Source of the DNA: an uncultured Methanosarcinales archaeon
Lineage (GTDB): Archaea > Nanobdellota > Nanobdellia > Woesearchaeales > JAGVYU01
Reading direction: 5' to 3'
NCBI GenBank assembly: GCA_964533475.1
Contig: CAZHJH010000001.1
Coordinates: 1,485 to 29,755 of the forward strand
Length of the DNA stretch: 28,271 bases
Part shown: positions 16,436 to 24,244 of the stretch, one piece after another
Layout of the letters: each line of letters opens with the position of its first letter
How positions within the stretch are numbered: the stretch's first letter is position 1
Made by a program: the position numbers and the translations under genes
Notes under the pieces: generated by a model
The model's database searches: none
Told to the model about the DNA's origin: nothing
The model's input: the letters and a program-made list of their open reading frames with translations, nothing else

Positions 16436-17371
16436 ATGGATGCAGAACAGTGTGCCCGGCTGCTTGAGAAGATCGCGGCAATGCTCGAAATTCAGGGGAA
16501 ACGCTGGGAGCCTGTGGCGTATAGGAGGGCAGCTGCGTCATTAAGAGAAGTTTCTGAACCTATTGAAGGCATCGCTAAGAAACGCAAGCTTGAGGAAATT
16601 CCAGGGATAGGCGAGGGTATTGCGAAGAAGCTTTATGAATTCATTCAGACAGGAAAGCTGAACTATGTCGAGCAGCTCAAGAAGGAGTTGCCCATGAATG
16701 TTGAGGAGCTTATGGCTATTCCGGGGCTCGGCCCGAAAAAAATCAAGAGGTTGTATGATGATTTGCATATTACGGATAAGGAGTCTCTGAAGCGCGCATT
16801 GGAGCAGCGTAAAATCCGAGGTCTTCCTGGATTTGGCGAGAAAAGTGAAGCCCGGTTGTTGCGGGGAATTCAAGACACGAAAGGAAAGAGATACACTCTT
16901 GACGAGATTCTCCCGCTCGCGTCAAAGTTTGAGCAGGATGTGAGAAAACTGAGTTATGTGCGAAGGGTAATTGTTGCGGGAAGCATCCGCCGCCGTGAGA
17001 AAACTGTTGGAGATATTGACGTTCTTGTGGATAGTCCTGAGCCTCAAGGGGTTATGAAGTATTTCACCACGTATCCTCTTGCGATGAGGGTGATCAGCAG
17101 GGGGAGCAAAAAAGCGTCTGTGGTCTGGAAGAATGGCATACAAGTGGATATTCGCGTTGTTCCGGATGAAAGTTTTGGATCAGCGCTCCAGTATTTTACA
17201 GGGAATAAAGCGCATAACGTCCGGCTTCGCACGCTTGCGATAAAAAAAGGTTTGAAGCTTAATGAATACGGGTTGTTTAAGGGAAAGAAGCGAATCGCAG
17301 GAGAGTCTGAAGAAGGGATTTACAAGGTGCTTGGTTTGAAATGCCCGCCTCCTGAAAAACGATTAGCGTGA
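16436..17371 (+). CDS. polX: Family X DNA polymerase lacking the C-terminal PHP domain
   Basis: AYRRAA, HhH motifs IPGIGEGIA and IPGLGPKK, GSIRR, GDIDVL, QVDIR, YFTGN and LNEYGLF. Ends at PPPEKRLA (311 aa). Confidence 0.92.
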   Translation: MDAEQCARLLEKIAAMLEIQGKRWEPVAYRRAAASLREVSEPIEGIAKKRKLEEIPGIGEGIAKKLYEFIQTGKLNYVEQLKKELPMNVEELMAIPGLGPKKIKRLYDDLHITDKESLKRALEQRKIRGLPGFGEKSEARLLRGIQDTKGKRYTLDEILPLASKFEQDVRKLSYVRRVIVAGSIRRREKTVGDIDVLVDSPEPQGVMKYFTTYPLAMRVISRGSKKASVVWKNGIQVDIRVVPDESFGSALQYFTGNKAHNVRLRTLAIKKGLKLNEYGLFKGKKRIAGESEEGIYKVLGLKCPPPEKRLA

Positions 17372-18166
17372 GGGCTGCGGTATAGGAAAAATATCGTCGT
17401 CACAATACGGCACGCCATTCGGTTGCCAATGGCAGGTTCCCGTTGGACAGCAAATGTTAATCACATTTTCAAAATCTCCTTGCCCCAGGCAGAGTTGCTG
17501 TGTCGAGTCATCACAAGAATCTGGATTGTCTCTGCAGAATTTCGTTCCAGCCGGTCCACTCGTGCATGTTTGACCGGTAGCGCAACAGAAAAAATCATCC
17601 CATCGCGGATCAGGCCCATAATTCTCATCATTTTGGAAGCAATAGACTGGCTTATCCACCGGGCAGCGTCCTTCTCCGGGACAAAATGGCTGGTTTTGAC
17701 CTCCCCACGTATCAATGACTCCGCAATCAACCGTAGTTGAGGGGCAACAAATTGAAATGTCATCAGCTGTGCATTTCACAGTATATGTTGAAGGCTGTCC
17801 CGGCATCGGACAGCTAAACCCGAGTCCATCGATGCAAATATTCGCTGCAACTCCTTCATCAGTTCCAGGAATTCCATAAAAGAGAGACCCGCAGCTCTGA
17901 ACATTTCTTCCCGCGGCGTCCTTTGCTCCCGAGCAGCACGCTGCAGGAGCTCTCGAGTCGAGTGTGCAGCATGTTGCTCCAGGAGGACAGCAATTCAACC
18001 CTTCTCCTGCCGTTCCCGAGTTGCATCGGGGCCACCCTAGATCGGTGCACATATTCCTGCTCGGTTGTGCAGCCGTAAAGCCGGACTTTGTAAATTCCGG
18101 GGTTTTGGCAATGATGATAAGCACGAGAACGAGTAGCCCAACGAAAACAAGCATACGTTTATCCAT
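17363..18166 (-). CDS. Secreted or membrane-anchored Cys-rich repeat protein
   Basis: N-terminal hydrophobic helix. 28 Cys in 267 aa, with repeated C-xn-C-xn-CC-x4-6-C-xn-C modules. TATA-like (TA)n run at about 18187-18197. Confidence 0.85.
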   Translation of the reverse strand: MDKRMLVFVGLLVLVLIIIAKTPEFTKSGFTAAQPSRNMCTDLGWPRCNSGTAGEGLNCCPPGATCCTLDSRAPAACCSGAKDAAGRNVQSCGSLFYGIPGTDEGVAANICIDGLGFSCPMPGQPSTYTVKCTADDISICCPSTTVDCGVIDTWGGQNQPFCPGEGRCPVDKPVYCFQNDENYGPDPRWDDFFCCATGQTCTSGPAGTKFCRDNPDSCDDSTQQLCLGQGDFENVINICCPTGTCHWQPNGVPYCDDDIFPIPQPSR

Positions 18167-18282
18167 CTAGTGCAATCAATGGTGATTATATATATAGCTT
18201 TCCTTAATATCTGATAATTGTAACCACTAACTGATGATAAAAATAATAAACTTTATATATAAGCTCCGTTTAGGGAGAAAAA

Positions 18283-18648
18283 ATGAGAGCCTTAAACGCA
18301 ATTCTCGCGGGAACCGCAATCGGTTTACTTACGGCGTGTTATCATCCGAGGATAAATGATAATGGTGAGGTAGTTCATCGTGCTGAATATCGCAGAGATC
18401 GTGATTTTGTGCATGATGCAGTGGAACGTGAATTGAGGACGTTGCGAACTCAACCCTTCTCTGCCTTGGAATCAAGAGTGGTTAACCAAATCTCAATAGA
18501 CGCATTTAGACGAGATCTTCCGTATTTTACCGAGCAGTTTCTGCAGGCATATCCCACATACGATCAGACGCGCGAGGAAGATCGCCTCTTGCTGCTCAGA
18601 ACGATGGAATCTGTCATGAGCCCTTCCGGCCTCGGCGCCATTCACTAA
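18283..18648 (+). CDS. Putative lipoprotein, hypothetical
   Basis: MRALNAILAGTAIGLLTAC is lipobox-like. TATA TTTATATA (18252-18259) ends 23 nt upstream. Confidence 0.75.
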   Translation: MRALNAILAGTAIGLLTACYHPRINDNGEVVHRAEYRRDRDFVHDAVERELRTLRTQPFSALESRVVNQISIDAFRRDLPYFTEQFLQAYPTYDQTREEDRLLLLRTMESVMSPSGLGAIH

Positions 18649-18677
18649 TTTGTAACTACTCTAGAATACTATCAAAA

Positions 18678-18696
18678 CGTAAAGTTTATATATAAG
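18678..18696 (+). promoter_or_regulatory. Orphan BRE/TATA promoter (cgtaaag-TTTATATATAAG)
   Basis: The 12-mer is identical to the promoter of the 18283 gene. No start codon occurs at the leaderless position (~18715). Confidence 0.6.
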
Positions 18697-18714
18697 TGCT
18701 ACTACTAGAGAGTA

Positions 18715-18950
18715 TATACAGAAACTGGTTATCTGGGGGTAATCGGTGAGTTGGGGGGTGGATTTTCTTTTTTCATGAAAAATCCGCCATTAATTAACGC
18801 CCGTTAAGGAAAAGCAGGCAAAATAACGATCTATCACCTCTTTTCCCTGGTGAATCCGAGCAATCGGGTTTGCCAGGGTTTTCATGATCACCTCTTTTTC
18901 CTGGGCTGGGTTTCCTTCGGGAAATTCAGTCCAGGTTTGTAATCACTATC
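18715..18950 (+). ncRNA. Candidate ncRNA with tandem anti-SD + hairpin units
   Basis: ATCACCTC at 18833 and 18887, ATCAC at 18942. 15-bp hairpin 18845-18878 with GCAA loop; 16-bp hairpin 18900-18935 with C-UUCG-G loop. All non-Watson-Crick pairs are G.U on the plus strand. Confidence 0.55.
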
Positions 18951-18959
18951 AGAAAGAAC

Positions 18960-20741
18960 TTATTTCTTGCGCCTCCGTCTCTTTGCTGCTGGCTTTGCCT
19001 TTCTTTTCCTTCGCCACGTATACACTCCAAACGCAATCACTATTGAAATGCCCGCCCCAATACCCATTCCAATAAGCAAATCTCGAGAAATCTTAGGAAT
19101 CATAGAAGGCTGCGTTCCATTATTCTCAAAATAAATATCTAGGTTGCTTAATTCAAGCGCGTATTCCGCATAGAGCAGAGCAGAGTAAATGTCGCTATCC
19201 TTCAAGCTTACTGAATATTCGTAATAGCTATAGCCGAGGAGCGGGAACACGCCTTTGGCGTATTGTTTCGAGATCAGCGTTCGAATGAGCGTATGTTTGC
19301 GATCAAGAAGTTTCACCATATCCTTTTCCTGAACGCCAAGGATACTGAGCACAAGGTCGACCTCTGCTTTTGTCTTTGCCGCCTTAAACAGGCACAGCGC
19401 GTATTGTTTTTGAGCGAGATCTGCGTACGCTTCATCGAGCGCTCCCTTCTCAACCGCGAGTGATTTTGGAAAAAACAAAGTCACGTATTGATGCCGCTCT
19501 TCGACTTCTGCAATCTTGTTCAGGCAGCTGCTTTTGAGCTCTTCTTCTTCGAGATTGAACTGCTTTCCAGGCATTCCGAAGAAGTGCGACCATGACTCCG
19601 CACTATAGACACGCTCAAGCGTGTACGCGAGATCTCCGAAGCTGTGATCGCCTTGTTGCGCGAGGCTGTACGTTTTATTCAGGCTCTCTGTACTCTCGAG
19701 CACGCGCTCCTTCACGATCATGTACGTTTCAAGATCCGTGATCGTCGTTTTTTCCCTCAATTCAAGCGCGTCATCGATTTCCGTAATCTGCTGGCCAAGG
19801 TCATTTATCTTTGCATACATCTTTTTCTTGTCAAAACGCTCGCTTTTCAACAGTGCCTGCTGCGCCTGCACATTCGCCCCAAAGCAGAATGACGCGGCGC
19901 TGTAATAGCTATATTCCGCATACGCCGCGGCGCTCTTATTTGTAAAATTGAGGATTTTCGACTTCTCATCTGAATAATTTCCAACGCGGGGGATTTTGGA
20001 TGTCAACAGGGTTGAGCGATTACACAGCATGTCCGCGAGCCCATGCATGATCTTCTCATATTCAGGATTGACGATCAGCTCAGGATACGCATCGCTTTTT
20101 CGTTTCCCCGTAAATACATGATACACATCATCTATGGAGCCTACTTCGATGACGTTAACCCCGAGTTCCTCTCCAAATGCGATGAGGTCAATCGTGCTGC
20201 AGTTGCCCGAGCAGTCGCTGTCATTCTCTGGAGTATAATAGCGCTCCCCTTCAGGGATGAGCACCGTCGTTATGTCACCATCAGCCGCCGCTTTGATTTT
20301 GTGGTTAATCCCTCCAACAGGTCCGATAAGGCCGCCTGCATTGATTGAGCCTGTGAGACTTATGGAATTGTCAAGAGAAATATCCTCAAGAACTGCAATG
20401 GTAAGCATCGTTGCGGCGGCTCCTGCGCTCGGGCCGCCAACAAGGTTCGTGTCTGCCCTAATAGTATAGATGAAATCATACGCGCTGCAGTCAGCATCAA
20501 TGTAATCACACGCTATTTCTTTGGCGAACCTCGTTGAAATCTGTGTATCGAACTTCGTGAGCGGAAATGTGTCCAGAAACACCCGCCCTGAGCCGTCGCG
20601 AATCTCCAAGGACATGTCCGCGAGGTTGCCTTTCATTCCCTCTTCTGAGACGCTGACTGCAAGGAGCGGGATATGCTGCTCTGCGGCAAGTGTGCTAGGT
20701 AAAACTAAGAGGGCAACGACCAAAATCCATAACTTCTTCAT
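18960..20741 (-). CDS. Archaeal Lon-like (S16) serine protease, COG1750 type; secreted with C-terminal membrane anchor
   Basis: Signal peptide MKKLWILVVALL..., GGPSAG (Ser), TGSINAGGLIGPVGGINHK (Lys), and a C-terminal TM helix with a basic tail. Start set at ATG 20741, 21 nt from TATA 20763-20770. Confidence 0.88.
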   Translation of the reverse strand: MKKLWILVVALLVLPSTLAAEQHIPLLAVSVSEEGMKGNLADMSLEIRDGSGRVFLDTFPLTKFDTQISTRFAKEIACDYIDADCSAYDFIYTIRADTNLVGGPSAGAAATMLTIAVLEDISLDNSISLTGSINAGGLIGPVGGINHKIKAAADGDITTVLIPEGERYYTPENDSDCSGNCSTIDLIAFGEELGVNVIEVGSIDDVYHVFTGKRKSDAYPELIVNPEYEKIMHGLADMLCNRSTLLTSKIPRVGNYSDEKSKILNFTNKSAAAYAEYSYYSAASFCFGANVQAQQALLKSERFDKKKMYAKINDLGQQITEIDDALELREKTTITDLETYMIVKERVLESTESLNKTYSLAQQGDHSFGDLAYTLERVYSAESWSHFFGMPGKQFNLEEEELKSSCLNKIAEVEERHQYVTLFFPKSLAVEKGALDEAYADLAQKQYALCLFKAAKTKAEVDLVLSILGVQEKDMVKLLDRKHTLIRTLISKQYAKGVFPLLGYSYYEYSVSLKDSDIYSALLYAEYALELSNLDIYFENNGTQPSMIPKISRDLLIGMGIGAGISIVIAFGVYTWRRKRKAKPAAKRRRRKK

Positions 20742-20904
20742 AAAAAAGCGAACTCCGAGAACTTTATAAGACTTATGATTGAAAATTGCATAATCGAAAA
20801 GCTTTTGCTCTAACTGACAATTTTCAATCCTATAAACTCGACACACATGTGAAGAGCGGAAAAGCAACGGCTTTATTCAAGAGATAGCTCGCTTGGAGAG
20901 ATTT

Positions 20905-23088
20905 TTATGCACTCCTCTGCGTATATCTGCATTTCGGATACCTTGAGCATCCTATGAACTCTCCATAGATGCTTTTGCGTAGTGTCAGTTTCCCTTCGCC
21001 GCACTTCGGGCACGCTTTTGTGTCAAGATCTGATGCCTGTTTCTTTGTCATCTCCATCTTTTTTGACGGGCACGCCTGGTTAATGCAGAGTTCCTGTGGC
21101 CGTTTTCCTTTTCGGATCACGAGAATCATGGGATGCTGGCATTGTTCGCATGCTTTCTCGCTTACCTTCGTCAACGCGTTGCTGGGAAGTGCGAATGTGG
21201 TCTTGCAATCAGGGTATTGATCGCACGCGACAAATCTTCCAAAGCGACCACGCTTGATAACCAATGTTCCCTTATCGCAATTTGGGCATTTGCCAACAGT
21301 GCTTTCCTTTATCCATGTATCTGCGAGCGCTGTCCCGAGTTCCTCTCCTATGGCTTGTTCGTGGTGTTTGAACTCCGCGAGCACCGTCGTCAGCACTTGC
21401 CTGGCTTCCTCAAGCACTTCTTTTGGCTGCTTTTTATCCTCCCGGATCTCATCCATCTCTGCTTCAAAATGGCTTGTGAGCTGGTCATCAACGATCTTAG
21501 GCATATGCCTCTCGAGGAGCTCTTCGGTTTTCATTCCTATTTCGGTAACTTCTATCGATCCTCCGCCCGTAACATAATTACGCTGAAACAGCGTGTCCAC
21601 GATCTGCGCCCGCGTGGATTTTGTTCCCAGTCCTCGCTTCTCAAGCTCTTTGATGATCGATGCGGGAGTATACCTTTTGGGAGGGCTTGTTTCCTTTGCC
21701 TGCAATTCAATTTTTTTAATCGAGAGAGAATCACCCTCTGCAACTTTGGGGAGTGTAATCTCTTCAAGGCGCACATACGGCGCGTAATACGTGTGCCATC
21801 CCGGCTCCAGGGTTCTCGTCCCTTTTGCTATGAACCCTTCCTCCTCGACGAGGATGCGGATGTTCTGCGTCTCGCGCAGTGCAGGTTGTGCAAACGTAGC
21901 GAAAAACCGTTTTACAATGAGGTCATAGACTTTCAACTTTCTCTCTTTAATCCCTTTCGGCTCGACTCCTGTTGGATATATGGCCGGATGTGCGGGGTCT
22001 GTTTTCTTTCCGTTGTTAGGCTCAAGCTTCGTCTTTTGAATAGCTTTCGATAGTTCTGCATATGATTCCCGTTTCTGCAATGCCTTGAGAATTTTTGTAA
22101 AGCCAATCTCCGCAGGCAACATTTGAGAGCTTGTTCTTGGATAGCTGATCCATCCCGCCGTATAGAGCTCCTGCGCGATTTCTAGCGTTTCCTTGGGCTG
22201 GATGCCTAAAGCGCGATACGCTTCCGTTTGCAGGGTTGTCAGATCGAATGGTGTGGGAGGGCTCTGCTTCGTCTCGGTTCTGTTTACTGCGTTTATCGTT
22301 CCCTGTTTTTTCCCGGACACATTCTTCATCACGGCATCCGCTTCATCCTTCTTCCAGAACTTGTCTTTTTCATGCCACGCCTCAATGGCTTCAGATTTGA
22401 TAGATCCCTGAAGCAAAATTTGCCAATAGGGCTCTGGCTTGAATGCGCGAATTTCTTTTTCCCGGTCCACAAGAATTTTGAGTGCGGGCCCTTGCACTCT
22501 TCCCGTGCTCATGATTCGGAATCGTCCGCTTTTCTTGATGCTGCTCGTGAGCGCCCTGCTGACATTGATGCCATACATCCAGTCCAGGAAGTGCCGTGTT
22601 TCTCCGGCATTCGCCTGTCCCCAGTCAAGGCTTTTTGACTTGTGCTCATACGCTTTTATGAGATCTTCCTTCGTTAGGGTAGAGAACTTCATGCGCTGGG
22701 CATCTTTTTGTTTGCAAATATACCGAATGACATTCAGTCCGATAACTTCTCCTTCAATGTCATAATCGCATGCTACCGTGAACGTTTTTGCCTGCTTCGC
22801 GATCTTTCTTAAAACCGAAATATATTTTTTTGTATGCTCCGATCCTTTTTTGTCTCCGGCTTCCACCCACATGAGGTCAAATACAGGATATTTCCATCCG
22901 TTTTTCTCGGTTTCCGCCACCGTGAACAAATGACCCACTGCGCAGCCCACAATAATGTCCTGTTTGCCGCGCGTGATTTCATAATAGGGCACGCCTTTTT
23001 CCGACTTTTTGATCGGTTTCCCGTCGGCAAGCGCTTCCGCTATCTTCTTGCTTGCCTGCGGCTTTTCCGTGATGATGAGTTCTACCAT
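20905..23088 (-). CDS. topA: DNA topoisomerase IA with C-terminal Zn-ribbons
   Basis: LIITEKP, ACDYDIEGE, GRVQGP, ISYPRT (catalytic Tyr), AHPAIYPT and GLGTKSTR, plus three CxxC Zn-ribbon repeats. Confidence 0.97.
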   Translation of the reverse strand: MVELIITEKPQASKKIAEALADGKPIKKSEKGVPYYEITRGKQDIIVGCAVGHLFTVAETEKNGWKYPVFDLMWVEAGDKKGSEHTKKYISVLRKIAKQAKTFTVACDYDIEGEVIGLNVIRYICKQKDAQRMKFSTLTKEDLIKAYEHKSKSLDWGQANAGETRHFLDWMYGINVSRALTSSIKKSGRFRIMSTGRVQGPALKILVDREKEIRAFKPEPYWQILLQGSIKSEAIEAWHEKDKFWKKDEADAVMKNVSGKKQGTINAVNRTETKQSPPTPFDLTTLQTEAYRALGIQPKETLEIAQELYTAGWISYPRTSSQMLPAEIGFTKILKALQKRESYAELSKAIQKTKLEPNNGKKTDPAHPAIYPTGVEPKGIKERKLKVYDLIVKRFFATFAQPALRETQNIRILVEEEGFIAKGTRTLEPGWHTYYAPYVRLEEITLPKVAEGDSLSIKKIELQAKETSPPKRYTPASIIKELEKRGLGTKSTRAQIVDTLFQRNYVTGGGSIEVTEIGMKTEELLERHMPKIVDDQLTSHFEAEMDEIREDKKQPKEVLEEARQVLTTVLAEFKHHEQAIGEELGTALADTWIKESTVGKCPNCDKGTLVIKRGRFGRFVACDQYPDCKTTFALPSNALTKVSEKACEQCQHPMILVIRKGKRPQELCINQACPSKKMEMTKKQASDLDTKACPKCGEGKLTLRKSIYGEFIGCSRYPKCRYTQRSA

Positions 23089-23186
23089 CAGAATGAAAAA
23101 ATGGACTGCCTTTAAAAAGGTAACGAACAGACCCCCGAAATGCGTTCAGCGTCATGTATTTATACTAGTGCGTATATCGACGATAC

Positions 23187-23549
23187 ATGAGCGAATCTGT
23201 CTTGCTTCTCCTCATCCTTTTTTTGTGCGCGGTACTGGTCCTGCTCATCATGTATGTTGCGCATTTGAGGCGAAACATCCAGCTTAAGCAGTTCAAGATC
23301 CAAAGCGCGAACGTCAAGCACGGCAAATCATGGGAGCAGTTTGTTCCCTTCATGCCAGAGTTCGAAAGGATAGCCAGCAAGGACAACTTCATGTTCCTTG
23401 GTAATCCCATCGATGGCATTGCGTTCGATGAGGACGCGATCAAATTCATTGAGTTCAAGACAGGAACTTCTCGATTAAGCCCGAAGCAGCAGAGAATAAA
23501 GAAACAAATTGAAGAGAAGAATGTGGAATGGCATGAGCTCAGGTACTAA
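23187..23549 (+). CDS. Holliday-junction-resolvase-like PD-(D/E)xK endonuclease (Endonuc_Holl type) with N-terminal TM helix
   Basis: GKSWEQFVP, FLGNPIDGIAF, FIEFKTG and LSPKQ; hydrophobic N-terminus. Confidence 0.85.
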   Translation: MSESVLLLLILFLCAVLVLLIMYVAHLRRNIQLKQFKIQSANVKHGKSWEQFVPFMPEFERIASKDNFMFLGNPIDGIAFDEDAIKFIEFKTGTSRLSPKQQRIKKQIEEKNVEWHELRY

Positions 23550-23627
23550 GCGTAATGATCATAACGATTTGATTCCTCATATTGTTTTCTAATAATCCTT
23601 AAGAATTCCGTGCATGGTGCATGCAGC

Positions 23628-24194
23628 ATGATCGGCAAGAAGATAGCTATTGTGGGCGTTCATGGCACGGGAAAAACGGCGTTAGTGTATGACGTCGCGG
23701 CGACTTTGAAAATGCATCATCATGTTAATGTGGGAATAACAAGTGAAGGAGCTCGTTCCTGCCCGTATCTGCTCGCCCATGACTTTGTACCGGAGGCTGA
23801 AACGAATATTTTTGCGCGGCAACTAGTGGCAGAGACAGACGCCATCCGGTTGCATGATCTTGTCATATGCGATAAGAGCCCGGCCGAGGTTGTGATGTAC
23901 GCTAATCTCTTCTTTCCAGCTCCTTCACCCATCCACGAAGCCCAATTTGCTGCTATGGAGGCATTTGCCCGCATTCACATGCGCTCATATGATGTCATAT
24001 TTCGGACGACTACGCTTTTCGACCTCACGCTAACGGACGATCCTATGCGCCCAACGGATCCAGCTATGCAGCTCCGCGCCCATAACTCTTTAAGAGAGCT
24101 TCTTGACGATTTTAAGCTCACATATGTTGATCTCCCTCCCCATAATCAAACAGAATTCATTGTGCAATTCCTTATTGACCGTCATCTCTTTTAG
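23628..24194 (+). CDS. P-loop NTPase/kinase (AAA_28/NadR-like)
   Basis: KIAIVGVHGTGKT, E.AR, ICDKS and YDVIF. Start uncertain (ATG 23628 vs GTG 23610). Confidence 0.75.
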   Translation: MIGKKIAIVGVHGTGKTALVYDVAATLKMHHHVNVGITSEGARSCPYLLAHDFVPEAETNIFARQLVAETDAIRLHDLVICDKSPAEVVMYANLFFPAPSPIHEAQFAAMEAFARIHMRSYDVIFRTTTLFDLTLTDDPMRPTDPAMQLRAHNSLRELLDDFKLTYVDLPPHNQTEFIVQFLIDRHLF

Positions 24195-24244
24195 CAGGAC
24201 GCACTTTCATAACCCTTATAAATGATTGCCCACTCCAACATTTC

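Larger units (their letters stand above)
18218..18947 (+). repeat. Three dispersed direct repeats TTGTAAYYACT (18218-18228, 18650-18660, 18937-18947)
   Basis: TTGTAACCACT, TTGTAACTACT and TTGTAATCACT. The first two start 34-35 nt before identical TTTATATATAAG boxes. Confidence 0.55.

Noticed and set aside
18833-18947. CRISPR or mini-CRISPR interpretation of the 54-nt periodic units
   Set aside because: Only 2-3 units, the 'spacers' are self-complementary stems, the constant part is too short and split, and no cas genes are present.
18960-20867. Extended N-termini in the ORF track (20867, 3132, 8969, 13136, 14949, 15617, 25496, 26839)
   Set aside because: They run through TATA boxes or upstream genes. 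Downstream ATGs fit the ~22-nt TATA rule, stop-start coupling or the domain start.
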